Virus record (IMG/VR): IMGVR_UViG_3300030095_000366 | Coordinates: 1 to 35,769 of that record | Direction: 5' to 3' (one strand) | Origin: a virus | Taxonomy: Duplodnaviria; Caudoviricetes | Length of the DNA: 35,769 nt | In this document: positions 25,305-34,518 of the stretch, in pieces | How positions within the stretch are numbered: the stretch's first letter is position 1 | Layout of the letters: every line of letters starts with the position of its first letter | Made by a program: the position numbers and the translations under genes | The notes under the pieces: model-generated | Told to the model about the DNA's origin: nothing | Databases searched by the model: none | The model's input: the letters and a program-made list of their open reading frames with translations, nothing else

Positions 25305-28300
25305 TTAACTAAAGAAGCCGCCTATACCACCAGCTTCGCCAATAGCACCTATTGTTGCAGACAAGAATGACCCTGCTGCCATAGAGAAAGCATTGTCTGC
25401 TCCTGCATCTACTTGTATTTTATTCTTAACTAACTCGTGATCCCTGTCAGCTTGTTTCTCTGCAGTAGTCCAAGCGTAGTTCATCAAGTCACGTTCCTGT
25501 TGCCATACCTCTGCTATCCCTTGTGCAGTAAGATTATTAGCTGCTGCAGCCTCACGCATGTTAGCTTCATTGATAGCAGCATTATCTATTGTAGCTATAT
25601 CTTTACGCCACTGAGTATTAGCTTGTGCAACAACCATTTCATTTGATGCATTAAACATATCTCTTTGGTTAGTCATCTCCTGATTAAACTTAGATACACT
25701 ATTCTCTTCACCTACATTAAACTGTTCCATAGCGTTAGCTTGTGCATTGTTAAACATCTCAACTTGTGCGTCTAAGTTCATTGAAAACTGTGTCATTTGA
25801 TTTTGACTTTCAGCATTGAACTGTTTAGCTGCATTGTCTGCTGCTTGATCACTAAAGATACTTTGTGTAGTTTGCTGTGCTTTAAATATCTCCATCTGCT
25901 GTTCATTATCTAGGTTCTTCATGTCCATACCTAAAAATGCTTGTGCCTTTTGTTGTGCAGTCTGTTGATTATTAGATAAGTTAGTTAAGTCTACTTGTGT
26001 TAGTGCAGCAGCATCAGCCATTAGTTTAGCTTGCTTATTGTTTAAGTTAGCCAAGTCAACTGTTTGTGCTAATTGTGAGTTCTGCATACGTCTAGATGTC
26101 TCAGCAGTAAAGTTCATGTTAGCTATCTCAGCTATACGCTCTGCCTTTATTACATTTGCTTGCTGTTTGTTGGTAAGCTCTTGGCCCTTCATGGCTGCTT
26201 CTATCTGTGCATTAGCTAAGGCAGTCTGTTGACGGTTAGACAAATTCTCTACATCAATGTTTAACGCATTGGTCATATTAAACATTCTGATCTGCTGTTC
26301 GTTGTTTAAATCTATCTCACGTTCTTGAAGTTGGCTTGATATGTTAAACAAAGAGGTCTGCTGTCTATTGTCTAGTACTCTACCTTCCATAGCAGCCATA
26401 GCATTAGCGTCCTGTATAAATGCTTGCTGCCTGTTGTTAGTATTCTCCATCTCTCTTTCAAAAGCCTGTGTACTAGTCAGTACTGCAACCTGTTGTTCAT
26501 TAGTAAGAACCTGACCCATCATAGATGCTTTAACTTGTAAATTAGATAGAGCAGTCTGTTGTCTGTTTGATAGGTTTGTTAAGTCCACCTCTAACTTTTG
26601 ATTAGCTTCTAGTATTTGAGCTTGCTGTCTGTTTGTTAAGTTTATATTATTTACTTCCGCATATCTAGCTGCGTTAGCCATAGCTACGTTTTGAGATACA
26701 CTAAGCTCTTGATTACGCAAACCTGCATTAAGCTGTGCCTGTGATAGGACTGCCTCTTGTTGATTGCTAAGATTTGTTAGTTGTAAGTTAGAGTTGTTCA
26801 TACTGTTTTGTATTTTAACAGCCTGTCTGTTATCTAAGTTCTGTAGTTCAAACCTTTGTGCTGCAGCAGCATTAGCTAGAGCTACAGCTTGTTTGTTACG
26901 TACATTCTCCATATCCATAGCTTGAAAGATAGATGCTTCAGCTTGTGCAATAGGCAGGGTTGTCTCCATAGCAGCTTGTATAAGCGCAGCAGCAGCCATA
27001 GAGCTACCACCCATACCCCTAGCGTTCATAGCTTCGTTTACGTTACGTATGGCCCCTGCAGCCCACGCTGGTGTACCATCATTAAAGGAGTCCATAAGTT
27101 GTTCTAGTTGGAATGTTATAGTAGCCTGTGGGCTAACATCACCTTTAGCAAACTTAGCTTCTAGTGTCTGTGTAAACGTAGCTGAAGCAGCCTTTGCAAC
27201 TGCATCTCCATTTAAAGCTTCTAGTGTCTTACCTGTTACGACAATTCTTTCATCGTTCAGTATCTCATTTATTTCAACTATTTCACCTTCACCTACAACA
27301 GTCTGTGCTCCCGGTAAAATATCAGGTACAAACTCTGTCTGCTTTTCTGGTGCGCTTGCGTCAGTTGCGAAACGTGCAGCCTCTTCTACTTTAGTAATCT
27401 CAGCTAAGGCTGCTTGTGCAGGAGGTAGGTTATAATCTACCTGTGCTTCAGCTTTAGGTGTATCTCCTACAAACTTAGCAGCATCAACATCTGGTCTTCT
27501 ATCTGTAATTTGTTGATCATCTGCTTTTGTGTAGTCTCCTTCAAAGGTAGCTGCTTCTGGAAACTCACCGTTTGTATAGCCTAAAGTTAATTCTTTTATT
27601 TGCCTAAGCTCTGACTCTGTTTCAGCATCCAAGTTTAACTGTGCTAGCTCCTGTGGGTCCATCGTAGCCACCTTCATAATGGCATCATCTGATGGTGTAC
27701 CTGTCTTAGCGGAGAACTCAGCTAGTGCTGATTTAACTTTATCTTGAGACATACTCGCTTCATAAGTAACAGCTAAGTCTTTCCTTGCATCAGCCTCTAT
27801 TCGAGCTTGATATCCAGCTAGTGCTTCTGGATCAGTAGGCACAGGTCCATACTTCTCTTGTACCTCTGCATCACTAAACTTAGCTAAGTATCCTCTAGCA
27901 GTCTTAACTGATGGTGAGTCTACCGCATCAGCAAGTTCTGCTTGTTTAGCTATGATGTCATCTATTTTAGCTAACTGTCCTGTGCTTGCATCTATAAACT
28001 GATTGTTTTCTACTTTGATGCCGTACACATCTGGGCGTGTTACTAGGTCTGTAGGTGAACTAATAGTCTTAGCTAGTGTCTCTGTTACACTGGGAACACC
28101 TGTAACTTTAGCTCTAGACTCTGTAGAATCCAGAGTCATTTTAGTTTTTTCTATTTCTTCATTTGCTGTGTCTAAAGCATCTACTGCATTTGTGTATTCT
28201 GTTTCGCTTTCACTTTTAGGTTTATCTTTAAATGTATCTGTATCTTTAAAGTCTCCTAACATTTCAGAAAGTTTGTTAAATCTAAATATAGCATCTTCTT

Positions 28301-29642
28301 TACTATTAGTACGTATAACTACAGTTTGACCATTATCATATTTAAAAGTCCAGTTATCAGGAGAGCCTTTGTCAAGCTCTTCTTCATCATACTTAGTAGG
28401 GTCAGTAGGCAGTTTTCCACTTTCAAGTATAGTCTTAACGTCAGCACTCATTATACCTGAGTTGCCTACACCATCCCTATGATATGTGTCAAAGTCAACA
28501 TCGTATTTACTGTTTGCTTCTGTGCTTAAAAAATCATCTTGTATTGTTTTTAAAGCATCAGGATATTTTGGTAAACCTGTATCATCTACAGCATCAAATG
28601 ATTCAAACTCTACAGCGTCAATATCAATATCATTTAAAGCTATCTGTGCATCTGTAAGTGTCTTCTGTGCATCAGCATATGCTTTCTGTGCAGTATCTAG
28701 TTCTGCTATTTCTTTTGGTGCATCTTTTAGATCAGGATCACCCGGTTGTATGATAGGCCGTTCTACATCTTCGTCTACAGGTGGTTTTACATTCTTAGCT
28801 ATCCAATCTACTACCGCTTGGTAGGACATACTACTAAAGGCTGCACCTTCTGGAACTTGTGAGGGTGTGTTAGCAGCCTGTATGTTAGTAGAATTAGGCA
28901 TTACAAAGTGGACTATTACTTGAGGTTCAATAACATAATCATCTTTGTCCTTGTCAATGTAAAGGTCTTGCAAACTTCCCTCACCATCCTTATCAATGTA
29001 AAGGTCTTGCAAACTTCCGTCACCTTGCAACTCTTGTAGCCTAGCAGTAAGTGATCCAATCTCTGCTTGTTTAGCTCTTTCAGCATCTGCTTTTGTTTTT
29101 GCATCCTTAGCAAACATTAAAGCATCCTGTGATGTAATCTTACCATCCTTGTTAAAGTCAAACTCTAAGTTAGGATTAGCTAAACCTGTAGCCATTTTAA
29201 GAATGTTTTGTGTTTGGGATTCTATCTCTGGGCTTAACTCTGTCTTTCCTGCTTCTTTTGCTTTCTCTACTTCAATGTTTTTAACTTCGCCCTGATCCCC
29301 AAAGTAAGTTGAGTAGTCAGGCTCTTGTTGCACACCAGTGCCACCTGTGCCGGAAGCTACCTGTGTATTAATACCTGTTACTCCTGATAAGAATCCCCCT
29401 GCAGTATTAGCAAGTTTTTTATCTGGGGTAGCACCACCAGCTTGCATACCTGTAGGGGCTATAGGCTGTCCCTCTATGCGCTGTCTAGCCATCTCAGTGT
29501 AACGACCAAGCATAGATGCAGCAGACGGTGTAGCAGCTAAGAAGTTATCCATCTCATCTTGTTGCGCTGGGCCTGTGTAACCTAGCTCAGAAAGCAACTG
29601 GTGCGTCTGCTGATTGTTAAAACCTTTAAATTTATTTGCCAT
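25305..29642 (-). CDS. Large virion protein with Q/N/A-rich NLxNxQQ repeats
   Basis: 1445 aa; C-terminal third has many NL(S/D)N(R/E/Q)Q repeats; acidic variable N-terminal part; hydrophobic Gly-rich C-terminus. Confidence 0.7.
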   Translation of the reverse strand: MANKFKGFNNQQTHQLLSELGYTGPAQQDEMDNFLAATPSAASMLGRYTEMARQRIEGQPIAPTGMQAGGATPDKKLANTAGGFLSGVTGINTQVASGTGGTGVQQEPDYSTYFGDQGEVKNIEVEKAKEAGKTELSPEIESQTQNILKMATGLANPNLEFDFNKDGKITSQDALMFAKDAKTKADAERAKQAEIGSLTARLQELQGDGSLQDLYIDKDGEGSLQDLYIDKDKDDYVIEPQVIVHFVMPNSTNIQAANTPSQVPEGAAFSSMSYQAVVDWIAKNVKPPVDEDVERPIIQPGDPDLKDAPKEIAELDTAQKAYADAQKTLTDAQIALNDIDIDAVEFESFDAVDDTGLPKYPDALKTIQDDFLSTEANSKYDVDFDTYHRDGVGNSGIMSADVKTILESGKLPTDPTKYDEEELDKGSPDNWTFKYDNGQTVVIRTNSKEDAIFRFNKLSEMLGDFKDTDTFKDKPKSESETEYTNAVDALDTANEEIEKTKMTLDSTESRAKVTGVPSVTETLAKTISSPTDLVTRPDVYGIKVENNQFIDASTGQLAKIDDIIAKQAELADAVDSPSVKTARGYLAKFSDAEVQEKYGPVPTDPEALAGYQARIEADARKDLAVTYEASMSQDKVKSALAEFSAKTGTPSDDAIMKVATMDPQELAQLNLDAETESELRQIKELTLGYTNGEFPEAATFEGDYTKADDQQITDRRPDVDAAKFVGDTPKAEAQVDYNLPPAQAALAEITKVEEAARFATDASAPEKQTEFVPDILPGAQTVVGEGEIVEINEILNDERIVVTGKTLEALNGDAVAKAASATFTQTLEAKFAKGDVSPQATITFQLEQLMDSFNDGTPAWAAGAIRNVNEAMNARGMGGSSMAAAALIQAAMETTLPIAQAEASIFQAMDMENVRNKQAVALANAAAAQRFELQNLDNRQAVKIQNSMNNSNLQLTNLSNQQEAVLSQAQLNAGLRNQELSVSQNVAMANAARYAEVNNINLTNRQQAQILEANQKLEVDLTNLSNRQQTALSNLQVKASMMGQVLTNEQQVAVLTSTQAFEREMENTNNRQQAFIQDANAMAAMEGRVLDNRQQTSLFNISSQLQEREIDLNNEQQIRMFNMTNALNIDVENLSNRQQTALANAQIEAAMKGQELTNKQQANVIKAERIAEIANMNFTAETSRRMQNSQLAQTVDLANLNNKQAKLMADAAALTQVDLTNLSNNQQTAQQKAQAFLGMDMKNLDNEQQMEIFKAQQTTQSIFSDQAADNAAKQFNAESQNQMTQFSMNLDAQVEMFNNAQANAMEQFNVGEENSVSKFNQEMTNQRDMFNASNEMVVAQANTQWRKDIATIDNAAINEANMREAAAANNLTAQGIAEVWQQERDLMNYAWTTAEKQADRDHELVKNKIQVDAGADNAFSMAAGSFLSATIGAIGEAGGIGGFFS
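28948..29024. repeat. Tandem duplication, period 39 bp (G[D/E]GSLQDLYIDKD x2)
   Basis: 38-bp copies at 28948-28985 and 28987-29024 with 2 mismatches. Confidence 0.9.
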
Positions 29643-29655
29643 AGTATTTTACCTA

Positions 29656-30123
29656 TTATCCATTTACAGCTTCGTTCAGTCCGTATATCATAGCAACACA
29701 GCCACCTACAAATATCAGTACACCTAGTACTACAGATATACCCCAAAACATTTGATCTCTTTGTTTAGCTTGTAGTTCTAGTGCTTCCTTGTGTCTTTGC
29801 CTAGCTGCAGCTTGTTCTTTAACTACTAAATCCCACATACCCGGTGGGCCAAATAGCTGACACGTTTCTCGCAACATGTCCATAGCTTCTTTGTGTTTCA
29901 TCTTAGCTGAAGCTATAGCAAAACCCTCTTCTTCGCTACTCGTAAGTCTACCTAGTGGGCCTTTGTGTTTACCGCTTTCAGCAAGTTGTATCTCTGTGTC
30001 TAACTTAGCTAACTTCCCAAAGTGAGGTAATAAATCACTAACATCACGTCCTGCCTTTATAGCTGAACTAATACCACCCGATATTGTACTTACAGCAGAT
30101 GCAAGTGCAAGAACCTCTATCAT
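29656..30123 (-). CDS. Hypothetical membrane-anchored protein
   Basis: 155 aa with C-terminal TM helix; GAGGGA RBS. Confidence 0.75.
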   Translation of the reverse strand: MIEVLALASAVSTISGGISSAIKAGRDVSDLLPHFGKLAKLDTEIQLAESGKHKGPLGRLTSSEEEGFAIASAKMKHKEAMDMLRETCQLFGPPGMWDLVVKEQAAARQRHKEALELQAKQRDQMFWGISVVLGVLIFVGGCVAMIYGLNEAVNG

Positions 30124-30141
30124 TGTGACAAATCCCTCTCA

Positions 30142-30402
30142 TTATTTGTCTGCCATCTTTTCTACAGACATACGAATAGCTTTAATGTTTTCATCTATTC
30201 TAGCCATAGATACAGCCTGTCCATGTACTGCATCCTCCATACGGCCTAACCTTTGTTGTACCTCTACAATCTTAGAAGCATTAACTTCTATGTCAGAGGT
30301 CATTGTACTTACAGTCCAAACGATAGCAGCACCCTGCACAAACAATCCAAATATTAATGTTAATGGTACAGATTTACTCAAGTGCCAGTTATCGTTAGCC
30401 AT
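30142..30402 (-). CDS. Small TM + coiled-coil protein
   Basis: VPLTLIFGLFVQGAAIVW then heptad pattern; GAGGA RBS. Confidence 0.75.
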   Translation of the reverse strand: MANDNWHLSKSVPLTLIFGLFVQGAAIVWTVSTMTSDIEVNASKIVEVQQRLGRMEDAVHGQAVSMARIDENIKAIRMSVEKMADK

Positions 30403-31240
30403 TACTTTTGTCCTCTATCTGTGGTGTATTAGCTAGTGACGTAGGATCAAATACATCAAACCCTCTACTGTTAGCAAACGCTGCAGGACACCCTGCCCAT
30501 TTATCTGCACAACCCTCAAGCCACTGTACTGTATGATGATGCTCTGGGGCTTTACCTTTTGTAACTAATTCATTCTCCCAGTTAAGATAAGAGAATACTT
30601 CTGCTTGAGCTTGGGCTGCATTAATACCTAAGTCAAACAAATAGATCATGTTACCTTCGTCAATCACACCTTGCCGTGGTCTTGCACTATTTAGTGCTTG
30701 TTTCATGCAAGTCATAATGTGGTAACGTGCTTCCTCTAGTTCGTAGTCTTCTTCTGTTAGTTCTTCTTTACCTATCTTCTTCATCAGGTTGTCGTACTGA
30801 TTAGTAAAGAAGTTCATCTTTCTTACAGCACCCTGTACTGCATTACGTGTACCTTCTAAGTGACCTTGTATCTCTAATATTTCTATCTCTAATAACTCAC
30901 GTCCAAGAGGGTCACTGCAGTCTAGTAGTTTAGCTTGCTTCTTCTTTAGCTTTACTTCTTTCTTACGTAAGTTTATGTAAGCTTCTTGTAGAGCACTTCT
31001 TGTTTTATCTATCTCAGCCAGTGTGTGCTTGATGCTACGTATGGGTGTGATAGCTGTTACGTCTAGTGTAACTCCCATAAACTGACTGTGTGACTTGTGG
31101 AAGTTGCTGGTAGCCTGTGTGACTGCTGGCATCTTCTCAGCTATGTTAGTAAGCATAGATTTGTATTCTGGTGCTGCTGTAGGTAGTGCTTCGTTTAGTG
31201 TAGTTGTTATAGCTAGTTCTGTTGACAAGTTAAACTCCAT
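30395..31240 (-). CDS. Conserved coiled-coil protein of marine phage tail regions
   Basis: 281 aa ORF, SNFHKSHSQFM..TPIR pattern; own promoter upstream. Confidence 0.7.
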   Translation of the reverse strand: MEFNLSTELAITTTLNEALPTAAPEYKSMLTNIAEKMPAVTQATSNFHKSHSQFMGVTLDVTAITPIRSIKHTLAEIDKTRSALQEAYINLRKKEVKLKKKQAKLLDCSDPLGRELLEIEILEIQGHLEGTRNAVQGAVRKMNFFTNQYDNLMKKIGKEELTEEDYELEEARYHIMTCMKQALNSARPRQGVIDEGNMIYLFDLGINAAQAQAEVFSYLNWENELVTKGKAPEHHHTVQWLEGCADKWAGCPAAFANSRGFDVFDPTSLANTPQIEDKSNG

Positions 31241-31264
31241 TGTTTTTATTGTTCTTAGAGGAGA

Positions 31265-31293
31265 GTTATATCATAAAATGTAATAAAATGCAA
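31265..31293 (-). promoter_or_regulatory. Sigma70-type promoter on - strand
   Basis: TTGCAT (31293-31288), 17-nt spacer, TG-N-TATAAC (31270-31265) in an intergenic gap. Confidence 0.7.
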
Positions 31294-31296
31294 GCA

Positions 31297-31530
31297 TTAT
31301 CCGTTAGACCATTGAGTGTACCATCTACCGTCAGAGTGCTTAAATGCACCGTCATACACTGAGCCTGACTTTGGCCCTTCAAACACAGGGTCTACACCTT
31401 CACCGTCTAACCATGCTTCTGTTAGCTCACCCATAGGTGGTACATTATGTGGCCTACGTTTTCTATTTCTAAAACGAAACTCTGTCTCTGTAATCACTTC
31501 ACCTGTTTCTCTGTATCTAAGTAATCCCAT
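31297..31530 (-). CDS. Small tail-associated protein (possible fibre assembly factor)
   Basis: GAGGA RBS; directly downstream of the tail fibre gene. Confidence 0.6.
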   Translation of the reverse strand: MGLLRYRETGEVITETEFRFRNRKRRPHNVPPMGELTEAWLDGEGVDPVFEGPKSGSVYDGAFKHSDGRWYTQWSNG

Positions 31531-31538
31531 TAGTTCCT

Positions 31539-33566
31539 CTAAGCTATTGCATAAAATATATAGTCACCATCAGTAAAGTCACCTGAGATTTGAAAGCCTG
31601 ATGCTAATGGGTCTATATAATCTGTGTTAGTGACCTGTGCTGCAGTATCATTAAGCAGTAAATAAGGATCATTCCCAGCAATTATTCCGTTAGTGCTATC
31701 CCACCAATACCAATCTCCTGTAGCATCAGTACGTTTAAGCATTACTAGTCTTGCACCTGCTGTGAATCCACAGTCTACATCTGTTGAACTTCCTGAGTGT
31801 GTTACTGATCCTACTTTAGATACTCCTGCTAGTGTGGCGAAAAGAAAGGCTATATAAGTATAATTATTATTATTTACACTATTATCTGCACCGACTGTAA
31901 ACACACTAGAAGTAGGTGCAGTGTCATTCCAAATAGTATCATCGTCTTCTTTAGCATCGTTATCATCTATGCTGAGTGAGTGTGTCTCAGCTATACCTGT
32001 ATGATAAACTCTCCAAACACGAGCATGGCTCCTAGATTTAACCCAAATCATTTCTGGTGCAACACCAAGACCATGCGCTTCTGTTTTTGCACTACCTGTA
32101 CCAGTATAAGCAACTACATCAAAATAACCTTTTGCACGTTTCCACATCCATGCAATAAAACCACTACCTTCATCTTTTTTACCTTGATAGCTGACATTAT
32201 CTAAATTAAACTTAGCAAGATTGGTTCCAGTATCAGTTCCCTCTGCGGCAGTACTGTTAAAATTTAAAGATTTTCCATTTCCTTGCAATCTTGAGTGTAC
32301 TTCCCAATCATCACTTGATGTAAGCTCTTTATAAAAAGCAAAGTCTACAACAAAACCAGCAGTGTATTCTGGTATTGCACCGTTTCCAGCATCCACAGCA
32401 AACACCTTAGTAGCATCTGTTATGGTAGCCATGTTAGGTCTTCTGATTGCTACGTAAATTACTGTATTTCCACCACTAGCAATATTGTTACCTGTAGAAT
32501 TAAAACCTGTTGGTTTAACATCCACACCCCAAGTGTTTACGTTTTCTGCATTAGAAAGATTTGAAAATAAAGCAGCATCTCCATCTCCACTCAAACCTCC
32601 TTCAACTATTCCACGCATTGTATCAAAAATGTACCAATTTGTAGATGCCTGATTTGCTTTAAATAATATCCACTGAGGTTCCCAACCTAAATCTACAGAT
32701 ACTGTACTAGTGTCATTAGGGTGAGTATAACTACCACACTGAATCATAGAGTCAGACCCTGTTTCATGTGCAAAGACGTAGGCTACATATGATTTGTTAT
32801 CTCCATTAACAGTACTATGATTACTTACAGAAAAAACACTGGACGTAGGTGCAGTACCATTTGTAAATGTAGTGTCATTAACTTCAGCATTAGTTAGGTT
32901 TAATCGTGTGTAATAATTTTCTGGACTAGTACCTCCGTTTAAACCACGATGATAAACCATCCAGTTGTCAGCATCAGTTAAATTTTTAATTAGAATCATG
33001 CCCGGCACTGAACCAAGACTATGAGCTATTGTTCTACCTGCTGTATCATTGCCTGTGTAAGTAACTACATCAAAAAACTTAGGGGCTTTTTTAAATGTCC
33101 ATGAGACATATGTTGTAGGGCTATCGTTGGTGAATCCTCCCCCAGAATTTAGTGTATATCCATTTGAATTAAACGCAGTAATTTCATTTGTATCAGTAGT
33201 ATTTCCATCAGCATCGTTTGTACTTATTCTAACTGATGTGCCTCGTTCAGTGTCATACAAAACATGGGCATCAGAGCCACTCCTTGCTTTTGTCCAAACT
33301 AAACCACCTTTACCAGATAAATTTATATTATTTGTTATTGTTCTTGTAGTAGCATTTGCTGTATATAAAAACGTACTAAAGTTATTCTCAACAAGTGAAT
33401 CTGGATTAGCTACACTAGCATCAGGCCATGCACCACCACGTTTAGCTTCTAGTTGATCTTGGGCAGACCACACACCAGATGCTGTACCTGCTATGTGTGC
33501 ATCACTAGTAGTAGGCTCTACCTTTGTAGGTGTAATCATGCTTTTAAGGTATCGTGTTTGTGACAT
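31539..33566 (-). CDS. Tail fibre / adhesin with internal duplication
   Basis: T/S/G/N-rich; two copies of FDVVxYTG..AHxLGxxPxMIxxK..WxVYH; ends YIFYAIA. Confidence 0.75.
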   Translation of the reverse strand: MSQTRYLKSMITPTKVEPTTSDAHIAGTASGVWSAQDQLEAKRGGAWPDASVANPDSLVENNFSTFLYTANATTRTITNNINLSGKGGLVWTKARSGSDAHVLYDTERGTSVRISTNDADGNTTDTNEITAFNSNGYTLNSGGGFTNDSPTTYVSWTFKKAPKFFDVVTYTGNDTAGRTIAHSLGSVPGMILIKNLTDADNWMVYHRGLNGGTSPENYYTRLNLTNAEVNDTTFTNGTAPTSSVFSVSNHSTVNGDNKSYVAYVFAHETGSDSMIQCGSYTHPNDTSTVSVDLGWEPQWILFKANQASTNWYIFDTMRGIVEGGLSGDGDAALFSNLSNAENVNTWGVDVKPTGFNSTGNNIASGGNTVIYVAIRRPNMATITDATKVFAVDAGNGAIPEYTAGFVVDFAFYKELTSSDDWEVHSRLQGNGKSLNFNSTAAEGTDTGTNLAKFNLDNVSYQGKKDEGSGFIAWMWKRAKGYFDVVAYTGTGSAKTEAHGLGVAPEMIWVKSRSHARVWRVYHTGIAETHSLSIDDNDAKEDDDTIWNDTAPTSSVFTVGADNSVNNNNYTYIAFLFATLAGVSKVGSVTHSGSSTDVDCGFTAGARLVMLKRTDATGDWYWWDSTNGIIAGNDPYLLLNDTAAQVTNTDYIDPLASGFQISGDFTDGDYIFYAIA

Positions 33567-34516
33567 TATAAACCACCGTGTCCATTAGAACATCCAGTAC
33601 CATCATTAAATACTGTTGCTAAATCTCCAAAGTCTGCAGAGTTTCCTGTAGTAGCTATTGTAACAAACTCAATAATTTCTGAGTAAGCCCCTGCTCTAGT
33701 ATGTATTGCTCTTAGTGAACTAGATGTTGCATTTGGGCTGGCATTAGTACCACCTGTGTCACCAAAATCTGTAGCATTACCTGTACTAGCTATGGTAATA
33801 TAATCAATAACATTACTACTAGTACCACCAATAAATAAACCTCTTGTTGGACTTGATGCTGCTGTTGCAAATCTTCTAGCTGCAGTTAAATCTCCAAAGT
33901 CTTGAGAGTTACCAGTAGAAGATATTGTTACATACTCCATAACATTAGTGGGGTTTGCGGCAGCAGTACCACTACCAACAACTGCACGAGTTGAAGAGGC
34001 CAAACCTGCTAAACGATACCAACCAGCAGTAGTATCTCCGAAATCTGTAGCATCACCTGTAGAAGCTATAGTTATGTAGTCTATTACATTTTGAATAGCA
34101 TCTGCTTGAGAGTTCCAACCTGCAAAAAATATACCTCTTGTGTTATTACCTGCACCACCAAGATTAAATCTTTGCAATGTTAAATCACCAAAATCAGTTA
34201 CATTGCCTGAAGTAAGTATTGTAACGTATTCCATAACATTAAAAGAAACACTGTTCCCATTATTCCCACCTCCAAAAACAGCCCTTGTTTTAGAGGCTAC
34301 AGATGCAAGGGCATTATTTGCTGCACTAAGATCACCAAAGTCTGAAGCATTACCTAATGAATTTACTCCTATTGTTTGGATTACATTATGAGGTGAATTA
34401 CCTGTTGTTACACCACCAGCAAATAAAGCTGTAACAGGTGGTAGATTATCTACTTGCCACGTAGCTGCATACTGATACTGTGTTGAGAGGCTCCATACGC
34501 CATTATAGTTGGGCAT
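33566..34516 (-). CDS. Six-repeat Kelch-like beta-propeller virion protein
   Basis: Six YxTIxxTG(N/D)xxDFGD repeats; GGAGG RBS before ATG 34516. Confidence 0.75.
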   Translation of the reverse strand: MPNYNGVWSLSTQYQYAATWQVDNLPPVTALFAGGVTTGNSPHNVIQTIGVNSLGNASDFGDLSAANNALASVASKTRAVFGGGNNGNSVSFNVMEYVTILTSGNVTDFGDLTLQRFNLGGAGNNTRGIFFAGWNSQADAIQNVIDYITIASTGDATDFGDTTAGWYRLAGLASSTRAVVGSGTAAANPTNVMEYVTISSTGNSQDFGDLTAARRFATAASSPTRGLFIGGTSSNVIDYITIASTGNATDFGDTGGTNASPNATSSSLRAIHTRAGAYSEIIEFVTIATTGNSADFGDLATVFNDGTGCSNGHGGL

Positions 34517-34518
34517 AG

